A stretch of 64,000 nucleotides of DNA, from positions 143,654,001 to 143,718,000 of the forward strand of contig NC_043000.1 in the NCBI RefSeq assembly GCF_006345805.1, read 5' to 3'. The notes beneath the pieces are model-generated. The model searched no databases and was not told where the DNA came from. It worked only from the letters and a program-made list of their open reading frames with translations. Each line of letters begins with the position of its first letter. Position 1 is the first letter of the stretch. Of the stretch, positions 14,419 to 27,919 are shown piece by piece. This DNA is from Octopus sinensis. Its lineage: Eukaryota. The position numbers and the translations under genes were made by a program.

Positions 14419-14646
14419 GTAATAATAAGAATAATAGTAATAATAAGTATAGTAAGAAGAAGAAGAAGAAAAAGAAGAAGAAGAATGTGAAAAATAATAA
14501 TTCACAACATCCCCTATATCGTCCACCATTCGCGTTATTCCTATCCCCTTCCTCTTCGTCATCAACATCCAAGATCGCGTAAGCCCGCCTCATCGTCGAA
14601 ATCCACTTCTCCTTCCTCCTCCTCTTCTTCTTCTTCTTCTTCTCCT

Positions 14647-14679
<33 letters not shown>

Positions 14680-15115
14680 CCTTCCTCTTCCTCTTAGCCG
14701 TCGTCGTCGTCGTCGTCGACGTCCTTTCTGCCTTTTGAAGTCAATGGTGTTACATAGAAATTAAATCAATAATAAATTGAACTGCCACGGCTAACTAATT
14801 AGCAGAGAAGGCTTTCCAGAAAACTTCCCCACAAAACATCAAAAGGGATTATTTCTAAGTGAATACAGTTAATACAACGTATTTCATTTATAAGAAGAAA
14901 AACGACATCAACATTAATGTCAAGATAAAATATTCAAACGGGCAAGAACAACAACTATAACACAATCACAACAAACGGCAAATCATTAAATACTGCTTCT
15001 AGTTGAAGTGCTCCGAGGTTTGACGTTTATTTTCCTCCACATCATTCTTCGCATATTATTATTATTATTATTATTATCATTATTATTTTTATTATTTTTA
15101 TTATTATTATTATTA

Positions 15116-15166
<51 letters not shown>

Positions 15167-15180
15167 ATTATTATTATAGT
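13688..15180. repeat. Trinucleotide microsatellite cluster: (TAA/TGA)n 13688-13985, (TAA)/(GAA) 14373-14485, (TTC/TCC) 14610-14693, (GTC) 14698-14718, (ATT)n 15055-15180
   Basis: Directly visible; source of the poly-I, poly-L and poly-Y ORFs. Confidence 0.95.
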
Positions 15181-17721
15181 AATAAATCGCTCAGTGGTGT
15201 CTATTCTGATTATTTTGATAGAAATTCTCTTCTGAATTTGAACAGGTTGAAAAACAGTTTTTGAACCTGATTAGGCCTGAAAACCACTTGATTGGTTAAC
15301 ACAGTAAACTGTGTTTCCAATTGTCAAGCTATTAATCAAACAATAATTTCACTCTCTTGACGCCTATGGATTTGTCTCTAGTTTAAACGCCGCCATGAAT
15401 GTGATTTTCTTCAATGGAAATATGTACAATAATAGTTGGAAAAAAAAAAAACAATGAGAGTTGCTAAGATTTTTGTGATCAAATTGCCTAAATCTACATT
15501 TGAATTTTTATATATATTCTTTTGAAATAAGTATCAGCTGTAATTGATACCAATTCTGTCAATCTGTACACATTATTTCTATAATAATTTCGTTTTTATA
15601 TTATTATTTATATAAATGATTATATACTGTTAAATTTGAAATTCTCTAAATTTGTAAAGTTGATTGTATGTATACGAAAGATCAATATATTTCACTATTG
15701 ACTTCACCAATATATCTTGCTGAATAAATTATATATTTAAATACTGTTCCGAGATACTTTATTTAAGATACCATATACTTAGGCAATGAAAGTTGCAACG
15801 TTCACTTAATTTAGATCATTCTAGCAACAATGGAATATCAGCAATGAACAATAATGTGCTGTCTCTGTTACAAAACTCGCCTTCTGCATATTTAAAAAGA
15901 AATTATTATCAAAGTTACTAATTTTTTAATTTATTTCTATTTATACAACAATGTTCGAACGCTCTTATTCTTTTCCTTGTATAGCATAGTGAAGATGGTA
16001 TTAATGATATAATGTTGTGCGTTTTCGTAGGGAATTGGTGCTCCTGATATGGTAGCAGCAACAACTTCTGCTGTAGTGACAGCGACGATCAAATTAAAAG
16101 TAACAGGAGCAACATATCAGCAGCAGCCGGAGCATTAAATCTGAAGTATTAACAATAAAAATGTCAGCAATAAAAAGAAACCGCGTTACCATCGAGGATA
16201 TTTATACTGCAAATTACATTTACTGCATGAGCCAAACTTTTACTGCTGGAAAAATTGATTCTGTAGCTACCCAGAGGAAGAGAAAGAAAGCGTTAAGATT
16301 GGAGCTCAATTGATTATTCGTATTTTGGAAGGGTAAAATATCATTTGTGGGATTGATATTCCTCTGTCAACCAGAATTTCCTGCTAGACTGACGGCCCTG
16401 TACACCTGTTTGACGTATATTGTTGACATGACCTCCGTTTCAGGTATACTAAACTAAGAAATAATATAAAAGAAAAAAAATAATATTGGTCATTGATCTG
16501 TCACTTCGATCAGATACCGGAACAATGTACAGATTACTTTGTTCTATGTTATGAGGAACGTTTATGAACCTTTGCATAGGAGATCAGCTTGCAGTTATCA
16601 CCCATGCAGAGGTGTTCATGTTCTGCTAGCTAACATACATGGAATGAACAGCGTGATATAATCACTCTGCATCATGGTTTCCCTTTGATACTTAGAATGA
16701 TTGATCTGCAGTTCTCTGCTTGTGATCGATTTTCAAAGGAGGCATAGCAGTTAGATTATAATGTGGAGGGCGAGGTATTTTATAGTAGTGACCACAATGA
16801 GACGTGATATAAAACTCATGCCATCGCCGTCGCTTCATAGCTGCAAGAATGTGTGACAACGATCGATGAATTGTTATAGTCACACAACGGGAATGTGGCG
16901 TGTTTTGTTTTTAAAATTTTAAATTCGATTAAAATGTAATATTACTTTATGTTGTTAACAATAAGTGGAGATAAATTCTGAAAATATAGAATAAGAAAGT
17001 GCTATTTAACGTACTACCCATTGAGAATTGATTATTTACAAGGACAATATAAAGTTTCATTAAAAAATGTCACCTGATTAACGTGTCTACAAAACAGTTC
17101 ATTTAAATTAAGCTGGAAAATATTGTTTTTGTAAAGGTTGACTGATATAATTTTAGTGTTTTGACTTTTCAAGATGGTTATATAAAAATTGCTGGTAATG
17201 TTGCTTTAGATTAGTGACCGAGTTAGACTTGATCAGTAAGACCGATGGACGAAAGCACTCGAGCATGGATTACTGTTTTTCTTTTTGCAAAGAAAATGAA
17301 TCAAGAACTGTATTCTCCGAAGTTTTCTTCCAGAATTAAGAAAATAAGATGAGAATTTCATGAGAGTTCACAACTATTTCTATCTGGTCAAGTGCCAGCA
17401 AAGCGGCAATCGTTTCCGATGGTCATGTTAGCTGTTGACATTCAGTTCAATAACAAGGTCGAGGATAGAGAAATGATTGCGAGTGAGACAAAATCGAAAT
17501 TTCAATGTGATAATATTACGAGTGAGACGCGACATTCAACCCCAGGCATTGTAGTTATATCGAGTATGTTTGAATGTACTTACAACTTATATAGTATTGG
17601 AATTTCCGTCTGGATTCTCGTAAAAAATATATTTACTTTATATATTATTGAAAAGTCTGTGGAAAATAATATAGTGACACTATCTAGCTAGTAATAATCA
17701 TAAACATTGTTAAAAGAACTA

Positions 17722-17755
<34 letters not shown>

Positions 17756-17775
17756 TTTATTATTATTATTATCAA

Positions 17776-17985
17776 GGTGGCGAGCTGGAAGACTAATTTA
17801 CATACACGCCGGGCGAAGCGCATAGCGCCATTTCGTCCGTCATTACGCGCTGAGTTCATATTCAGGCGAGGTCGACTTTCCCTTTCCTCCTTTCAAGATC
17901 GAGAAATTAAGTACTAGGTTCAATGTAATCGACTTACGCCTTCCCCAAAATTTCAGTCTGTGTGCCTTTAGTAGAAATGATTATT
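17776..17985 (+). mobile_element. SINE family A, tail type 2
   Basis: ggtggcgagctgg...ctgagttcatattc...gaggtcgactttccc...ccccaaaatttcag...gtagaaatgattatt. Confidence 0.85.
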
Positions 17986-20900
17986 ACTATTAAATTTTAC
18001 TTCTCAGAGCTCTCTATGCTAATAGCTCCAGTTAAATCCGTGAAATGTGTTTTTAAATGTCTCACAACGTCTCTTTACACAAAGTATAAAACGATACTTA
18101 GAAGTTAAGTATCCTGGAAGATGTTTAACAAGCAAATAGTAATCTCAAAATCCTTGTCCTCAATACAGCAGTTATTTTGTTATTGGATTCGTGCACCTAG
18201 TATTTCTGGAAAGCGTGGCTGGTGTTACTATTATTGTTGTTGTTGTTGTTGTTGTTTTTATTATTATTATTATGTCTGCTTTGTTGTTATATTAAGGTGT
18301 CAGTTGTAATCAATGTACATTAACTTATACATTAATGTTTATAGAAAAATCATAAATGCTACATCAAATTTCGAAAATGCTTGAGATTGAGTATTAATAA
18401 TACACTTAATACATGATGCCATCTTAACCTCACACACACACACATACATACATATATGAAATCCCTTATTATACGATACATTTGTGCATTAAAATTACGA
18501 CACGAGTGAAGAAAATATATTTTGGTCCGTTTTATCAAAGTAAACTGTACGAATACACACCAAGCCTGGCAAGCAAGATTTCTCAGTAAACATTATAGAT
18601 ACCCAAAGTCATTATAAAATATATACTTCTTTCATTGTATTGCTATTTGTGTAACAGACTTCCTTCATATGTAGCAGGAAGAGATGTTCGTAGAAGCATT
18701 GATCTAACTGCAATTACTTAGATTTTCTCTTGCAGATAAATTTAGTAGGTCTCAAAACATTGCCTATATGAACCTCATTGATATAAAGTAGCCTTTGTCG
18801 GTGTAGGAAAAATTAAACAGTTCACCCTTGCTTAATGAAACCCCAGAGACGCATAAGGATATAACTGATATACCTCTGTGGTTCGAAGCCTGGAGGAGGC
18901 TTCCATATACTTTCGAAAAACGTATTGTTGGTAGCACTAACTAATGTAAAATGGAATCTGTAGTTTCTTAACCATGACAAGATATATGCCTTGTACATGA
19001 GGCCGCGTACACAAATCATGTGCCTAGTGCATAAATCATATACCCCGTACATAAGGCAGAAATTGTTACCAACAAGAGATGATTAAGGTTCAAAGTTTGT
19101 CATAACACCTAAAGGAAATACCAAAATGCTGCACAAACAAAAGTGTAAAAATAACAATTCTGTGAGTTTGTGATTATTTGTGTAATGTATTTGTTGTCGT
19201 TATTAATTACCAAGAAGTATTGTTTGTTTCAGGGAGCCGCATGCATTCTTTGAAATTTTGCAAGAAATTCTACACAAATAAGAAGTAGAGATATTGAGAA
19301 TAAAACTCAAAACAGTTAGTTTGAAAAGTTAGAATGTTACATAGATATATGAATATGTTCAATATAGTTATCTCTAAGCAACTGATATATATCTGGTACA
19401 CAGCACTTGTATATGATTTACCCAGAAAAACCTGATTCTGATAATATTTTTTCTGTGACACATTTAAGGGATTAAGTATAAACTGCTTTTGTTTTGTCTC
19501 TGCACATTCAATAACATGTGGTTCAATGAAATCAATGATGTTACAAAAAAGTGTAATAATAATTAGGAGTATAAATGTATTCTTATATTAAGCTTTTGAT
19601 AACTACTATTAACATACAACATTAGGTTATTGTTAAACGGGAAGTGAGAAAAAACATTATGTATATTTAGATCGTGTTTAAATGTATTCTTGCATTACAG
19701 AATGATACTGCTGATAAACTAAAAGATTAAACAGTAGCTTTTGTTAAGATATAACTTGTTTATAAGATTGTACTTTCAGCATACTGCATCGCGTAACTTA
19801 TAATTTCCTGTTCGTATCCCCGGTATATCCTAAAGCGAACGTAACTGGTAGAATGGATACCCCTTGTAGCCGATTTTATGAGTGTTGTTCGTTGCTTTAT
19901 TGGATCCTCCATGAAATTACTTGGTTCTTTACATTAAATAATTTGAGGGATAGAATGATAGAAATTATGCATTTATTATGACGTCTTATTAACGGTATCT
20001 GTTCTCTTACTGTCAGCGAATATCTTATGTACAGAAGTAGGCCTTTTATAGTATTGGCCGCCAAATTTAATAACTTCTACGAAATTATTCAATCATTTAT
20101 TTTATGTTTCCATTGAAGCAAAATATATTTACGTAAGTAACAGTTTGTTTCCATAGTATATATATATAAAACTATAAAGCTTCCACTTAAGTAATGAAGA
20201 AATCAAATAATCCATCTTCGGTTACTATTAATACCTACAAGCTATTAGTAATTGTTTTCAGTATCTGATGAAGTTCCTGTAGCTTAATGATGTATTTTAA
20301 TTTTTGCAACGCTAAATATTAAGCATGATACTTGACTTCCATAAATGCTCGCTTTTAATCATGTTCCGTAGGTAATTACACACACGCGCACGCACATTCA
20401 AACAATTTCAAGGATACCTTTGTTTTTTTCTATATTTCATTTTATATTTAGTAGCGATAGACGTTATTTCTCTCTTGTTATCATCGATGTTAATTATAAA
20501 ATATGTACAATTATTTTTTTCTAATTATACATATTACGGTACAATTATATGGTAAATTAATTTGAAGTGGAATTTCCCGGTGGATTTGTATCAATTTCAA
20601 TTATTATTTGTCGCCACAATTTATAGTTGAATTAAGAATAACAGTTAAATGCACCATAAACCTGAATAAAATGTTACTTTCTCAAAGCATAGTCTATTGG
20701 AAATCTATAACGTTCAACAAGATATCAAACTAAACTATTAAATAAATTTTAGTACAATTTGAACTGGAAATTATTATTTCCTTAGGTCATGTATTGGCTA
20801 TTGAAATTATTTTGAAATGGAGGAAAATGAGCGATTATCTAAATATTTGACATTCGTTCAGGCAAGAGATCTCCTCAAAAATTCTGAGATTAGTTAGGGA

Positions 20901-21933
20901 TTATCGAAGACGATGCTTCATTTATAAAATCTAAACTATTATTAGATAAATAACAATAATACAACAAAAGCAACAGCAACAGCTAAGGCTATTACTAATG
21001 TTAAATATTTGTTAATATTTAGCATTGTGAATTATGCAAGACTTCTTTAAACGATGTACCTCGAATGCGACATAAGCTACTCTCAACTACACAGTGACAG
21101 AACATGTTGAGGGAAAAAAGAAAACCTCGAAAAAGCATCTACGTGATTCCTACCAAGAACCTACTGGATGATAGATTCTCATCGATAAAGCTGGGAAATT
21201 TCTCTATAGTCATGATAACAAGACTGTGTGGAGTAGATTTAATAAGTTCTTCGTTTCCCACTAATATATATTTATATTTTTTCTGTTCAATTTGTAAACC
21301 CTATAGAATATCAATTATAGCTGGACTGGCATTGTAGACGCATCATTTATAGTACACATACTAACAAAAAAAAACCCAAAAAAACTACGATAAGAACAAG
21401 GTGGGGAAGAGAGGAAAAGAAAAGATAGAGAAGTACAAAGTGAAGTAGTAGTAGTATTAGTAGTAGTAGTTGTAGTAGTAGGTGCAAATACTCGGAAACT
21501 TTTTCAATTTCCGTCTCTGTTATATTGTAGACATTCACACACACACACACACACACACGCACGCGCGCACACACACTTACGCACGCGCACGCACACACTC
21601 ATATATATATATACAAATGAAGTCAGTTTACGATCAAATGTGACCCACACTATGTCTAATCTAGTAGCATTACTTGTTAGTTATACAGAACTAAAGGTTT
21701 CGTCTAGTTTCCCTCGCAGAAATTTGCCTTTATATTGTTTGAATGTGAGAGTATTTGCCTCTTATTTGATTTCTGTTGCGAAAATACTAAATGAGTGTTT
21801 TCGGTAATATGTTATAACTCCACAGAATAATTATATTGATGCTGTTTGCTCACCATGTGCGGTAGCCAATACAAGGAAGAGATATCGATAAATAAACTAC
21901 ACTACTGAATCTAGACAAGCTGGTGGAATTCAA

Positions 21934-22322
21934 TACTCTCTTTTACTCTTTTACTTGTTTCAGTCATTTGACTGCAGCCATGCTGGAGCACCGCCTTTAA
22001 TCGAGCAACTCGACCCCAGGACTTATTCTTTTGTAAGCCCAGTACTTATTCTATCGGTCTCATTTGCCGAACCGCTAAGTAACGGGGACATAAACATACC
22101 AGCATCGGCTGTCAAGCAATGCTAGGGGGACAAACACAGACACACAAATACACACACGCATATATATATATATAGACATATATACGACGGGCTTCTTTCA
22201 GTTCCCGTCTACCAAATCCATTCACAAGGCGTTGGTCGGACCGAGGCTATAGTAGAAGACACTTGCCCAAGGTGCCATGCAGTGGGACTGAACCCTACTT
22301 ACCACAAAGCCACTCCTGCGCC
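21934..22322 (-). mobile_element. SINE family B with a short deletion in the head
   Basis: Collinear with the other B copies; ends ...cactcctgcgcc. Confidence 0.92.
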
Positions 22323-24257
22323 AACGCACAGCATAATTTTAAAATCCGAGAGGAAGTGAACGTAAAATGAAAGAAAATAACTGTCAAAATATCGATTTCG
22401 ACTGTATTTTCAATATTCCTATTTCAGCAAGCAAGTACCTTTCCTACTCTTAATATGCAGCTTCCAAAACTTGTAGCCTTGCGTTTAATGATCAAATCAA
22501 CGAATTCATACGCTAGTTTTTGTATCACAGCAGACTAACTATTCGTTCGTAGAAAACACGTTCAATTTTCTAGAAATGTGTTGTTGAATTTTTGTAATTG
22601 GAATTTCTGATCAATAATATCAATATTAATTATCTTATTTAAAATGGCACGGTGTTATTTATGTGTATACATTATACCATTAAATCATTATTTTAATGAT
22701 AAATATGAATAATATGTACGAAAGACAATTGTCTGAAATTCATACCAACCTTGTATCTACTGTTTTCCCTCCGATACAGATTCATACGAATATATTTAAC
22801 ATCCATTCGTGAAATTAAAATACATTTCTGTATTGATATACATACATTTTATTTGATATATATAGAAGTTATAGCATAATTTTAGCTGATTAGATATGAA
22901 TATTTATTTATTTTGTAATTGAATCTACCATCGTACACACGTGTAGATTGATATATGTATAAACTCGAATACATACATATGCATACCTACACACACATGT
23001 ATATATATATATATGTATACATGTATAAGTGTATATGTGCATATGTGCATATGTGTTATGTATGTGAGTATATGCAAGTATGTAAATGTTAAAGAAGGAA
23101 ATCTGAATATTATGAAAATTTATACAAATTTTAGCCAGAATGTTTATTTGCATGTTAAAGATGCTTGCATATTCTGTTTTAAAAATCTGCGTCCGCCCTA
23201 CTTATTTGTCTTAAAAGTGTGTTAAAACGAAAGCATACGTTAGACAATGCTAGCGGAAACTAATAACTATGGAGACAGTATACGAAATCATAGAGAACAA
23301 AGTACTGGGAAATTAGTTACAGATTTCTCTTCAAACTCACTGATTTAAGTTTCAGTCAATGAACATCATTAAGGAATTTTTTTTGCACAAAAATATTCGA
23401 AAGAAATCTAAAGGCGCACCGCCAATTATATTCAACGAGCCTATTTTAAACAGTTGTAGTCAGCTTCATTCTTCGATATTGGCTTATAAATTGCATTTCC
23501 ACGTGTTTGTAAATGGCTGAACTGCTACAAGACAAATATTTGACAGAATAGAATTTGTTCTGAAAAATTAAAATACTGTAAAAATGCTGCAACAATGAGA
23601 ATTCCTATTCATAAGATCACTCTTATATAACTAGTCGAAGCTATTTGACACATTCAATCAGCAAATGTAATTTTTGAATACTTAGACTCTGCTATTAATA
23701 GAGAAAATCACTGAAAATTTACATAAATCCCAGCTCTGCTGTTACCAGGAAGAAAAGCCTAGTATATTAGTGTCGGCTTCTCGATATAAGTGAAGTGAAC
23801 GAAATATAAGCAAGAAATGTAAAATGAGATTATCCCGTTTTTATTAGTACTTCTTGTGTGGCAAAGCAACACCATGTGTTGAATAAAAGGACAATGATAC
23901 CTGATTATATACGTATAAAGGATGTAATAACTACAAAATCATACGCAGCACATAAAAATGGCTATGTTCCTCCTTGTGTACCATATGTACAGATTTGGGG
24001 GAGAAATCTCATTAGAGAAACTCCATTTTTTTCCCTTAACATTTCACTGGGAACTACATTAAAACAGTATATTGGAGCGAAGATGAATTTTATAGATAAA
24101 TTAATCCAGTATGTATATATGTGTGCATGTGTGTATGTCTATATATATATATTCATATTGATATATACACTCACACAAACACATACAAATGCGCACACAC
24201 AAACACAGACATACAGAAACATTACATGAAAGTAAATGAAAGTATAACATATTTACC

Positions 24258-24509
24258 TTAAAGTTTATAAGTGAACAAAATCATCCCTATACAAGTTCAA
24301 TGGGATATATATCTGTGAGTATCTGAATGTGTGCGGATGTGTGCGCGTGTGTATGCCTGTGCATGTCGTACGTGTATTTTTTCAGTTAATTTAGAAATCA
24401 ATACTACAGTAAATTCACCAATTCGTCGTCTGCAAACAAGCAAACTTTATTGAAGAATTCTCCATATATACATACATACGTACATACATACATACATACA
24501 TACATACAC

Positions 24510-24565
<56 letters not shown>

Positions 24566-24667
24566 ATATATATATATATGTATATATATGTACATGTATA
24601 TATAAGTATATATATATTTATATATATATATATGGGTATATATAGGTATATGTATATATGTATATGC

Positions 24668-24709
<42 letters not shown>

Positions 24710-25155
24710 GCATATGCATATATATATATATATTATATATATATGCATATATATATACATATATATATATATGTATATATTATACATATGTACACACACA
24801 CATGTATAAACATGAATAGGCAGGCAAGTATATTTCAGTGAACTACTGCTACTATTGCTACTCCTTCTACTACTAATACTACTAATAATAATTATAATAA
24901 TAATGATAAGAAGAAGAAGAAGAAAAAAAAAATTAGAAGAAGGAGAAGAAGAATTTTATTTCATTCCATCATTATTTAGCTAGATGGACTTTTTACTATT
25001 TCATGATTTCATCTTTATAAGCCATCATGTGACGATATATACATCACATATTCTTTAAAAGGTCTTGCTTCGAAATATTTTTGCAGTTGTACATACGTAT
25101 ATACATAGTCCCTCTCTCTGTTTCTTTCTTTCTGTCTCTCTCCCTCTATTTATAA

Positions 25156-25229
<74 letters not shown>

Positions 25230-25384
25230 TATATATATGTGTGTGGTGTGTGTGTGTGTGTGTACCTATATATATATATGTAGTTAGTTAGTTACTTTAA
25301 AGTTTATAAGTGATCAAAATCATCCCTATATAAGTTCAGCGGGATATATGTCTGTGAGTATTTGAATGTGTACGGATGTGTGCG
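24258..25384 (+). repeat. 88-bp imperfect direct repeat (24258-24345 and 25297-25384) flanking a microsatellite-rich kilobase
   Basis: ttaaagtttataagtga...ggatgtgtgcg; 7 mismatches counted by eye. Confidence 0.85.
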
Positions 25385-26639
25385 TACACATACACATACA
25401 TACATATATGTATGTATGTGTTTATGGATGCTTAGAATATATATTCACGATATGAACTTGTATGTGAGTGTCTCTGTGCAGTTATGCAAATATTCTCATA
25501 TATATATATATATAGAGAGAGAGAGACATGCTTATATACAATTTTTACTACATAGAATACTAATGATAGGAAGAGTTCGAAATATTTATGAGGTGAAATG
25601 ATATTCACATAGATGAAGAAGACATCAAAAACAATTGAACAAATAAAATGTGCATAAATAAGAAATAAATTTTATTGAAACGAAATGTTTTAAACCTAAC
25701 GGGTTGTCATGGATTCACTATGAATTCTTGAACCAAAATTTTGAGTAACCTCTATGCATTTTAATTATACAGTTATTATGAAATATTATTCTATATTAAA
25801 TATATTTCAGATTAATAAATTGAAACCAGTAATGCTGACAAGTAATATAGAAATAATGGGCTGTGTTCACGACATCTTCATATACTTAGATACTTTCAAA
25901 TTATAATTACTAAATCATGTTGAAAACAGTTTCGGAGACAGAATCCTGTAGATATTCATAACAATAGAGATATCGGGGTGTATATATATAGATATTTACA
26001 TTAGTTAGTTGGCTAAATAATCCCAGAGGGGAAAATATGGCAAATTTAATTGAGACCATTATATACTCTTGTTTAAACTGTCTTGTGATATATGACAATG
26101 CCAATCTACAGCCGCATGTCAAATTTGGTAGAAGATATACCATTAAATATTTTAATAGATTTAGCCACCGGCCATAATTCTCTCTTGTTTGATTGCTCTG
26201 TTTAAGAATTACATTTTGACTACTTATGTAGTGTCATACGAAAATATGCTGATAATGAACAGAATCCATTAACTAGATTGTTCTTATGTATCATTCTGTC
26301 AACATTTTTAAATGTAACCCCATCGAGATTTGAACTCAGAATACTGATAAATATTGATTAATTCTGTAAGACATAGACAACGGTGTGTTTTCTTTCCGGA
26401 GCTGTGTTACACTTTACAATAGAATAAAGAATAAAACAAAATGTTATATATATATATATCATGGATGTTGTAGATTAACTAGTGCCCGTTATCTTCAAAA
26501 TTGTTCTCACAATTTGTCTTTTCTCTCAATTGCCTCCCAGTATCATAAACATTTTGTATTGGATACTACAATATCACTTTATTAGTGTCTCCGCCTTCAT
26601 CTGAATTATTTGCTTTTTGAACAATTTCACTTTATTTAA

Positions 26640-26800
26640 TTACGTTCACCGAAACACTCCAAGTTAAGAAGTTTCATTCAATCTATTGAACATATTTCAT
26701 TATTCATTGATATTTTGTCAATGTCACTTTGAAGTATATTAATTTCACTGAGGATTACCCATTTACAGATATTATAAACATTTCCTTGCGGCATTACTTT
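26640..26800 (-). pseudogene. Possible CR1/L2-type reverse transcriptase remnant
   Basis: In-frame VMPQGNV...ILQSDIDKIS resembles VPQGSV...LQxDLDxL, with the intervening FADD region missing. Confidence 0.3.
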
Positions 26801-27522
26801 TCTTGATTGAGTATGATACAAACTCACTATACTTGGATCGCGCAAGATATATTGCTTCTTCGCTACAGCATATCATAATATTCATTGAAGTCGTTACAGA
26901 AAATGAGATGAATCAATGGAATGTTGAAACTTTAATCTTCGTCATCTTATGTTTTCCCTTATCTTATATATAAAGTTTCAGTTTTCTGTATACTTGCAAA
27001 TATTAGAAAACTTGTATAACATATATACACACACAAGGAACTTCAGAAATTACATAAAGCTCTCAGCTCTTTTTTGCTTATAGCAATATAACTGAACAAT
27101 GCATTAGCTCCTTATTTTCAGAAAAACTATACGGATCTATGTTTATATCTACTTATGGAAATAACTTACAAACTACCTCGTATTTGTTCGTCGTCATCAA
27201 AAATTAGATTTACATACTATGAATATATATTTATTTCTCTTACTATAGGCATTTCCCTACGGTGTGAAATGTAAAGCAGTTGCATTTAGATATACAGCCC
27301 TAAAATAGAAATTGACATGAATTAAATATTCTAATGATGTAGCTGCTAAACAAAATGAATTTGTTTTGCTATTGTCATGTTCATACACGTAAGAACAATG
27401 TATATTATCTCATGCTCACCGCTATATTGTCTACTAAAACTCATACAGATTTTCAGGTTCCTATAACGGATCGGTGGGGTAATCTCTATTGATATGTTCC
27501 GTTACTCATTGTGTTCAATATT

Positions 27523-27919
27523 GAGCTGGCAGAAACTTTAGCACGCCGGGCGGTATTTCGTCTGCTGCTACGTTCTGAGTTCAAATTCCGCCAAGGTCAA
27601 CTTTGCCTCTCATCCTTTCGGGGTCGATTAAATAAGTACCAGTTACGCACTGGGGTCGATATAATCGACTTAATCCGTCTGTCTGTCCTTGTTTGTCCTC
27701 TCTGTGTTTAACCTCTTGTGGTTATTAAAGAAATAGGTATTCCGTATGCCGCTACGTTCTGAGATCAAATTCCGCCAAGGTCAACTTTGCCTCTAATCCT
27801 TTCGGAGTCGATGAATTAAGTACCAGTTACGCACTGAGGTCGATGCTGTCGACTTATTTTCTTTGTCTGTCCTAGTTTGTCCCCTCTATACTTAGCCTAT
27901 TTTGGGCAATAAAGAAATA
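27523..27919 (+). mobile_element. Head-to-tail dimer of SINE family A, tail type 1 (27523-27735, 27736-27919)
   Basis: Two collinear copies, each ending AAAGAAATA; the second lacks the A-box region. Confidence 0.9.

Noticed and set aside
14243-14593. ORF beginning MRRAYAILDVDDEEEG
   Set aside because: Runs straight into trinucleotide-repeat translation; no splice or homology support.
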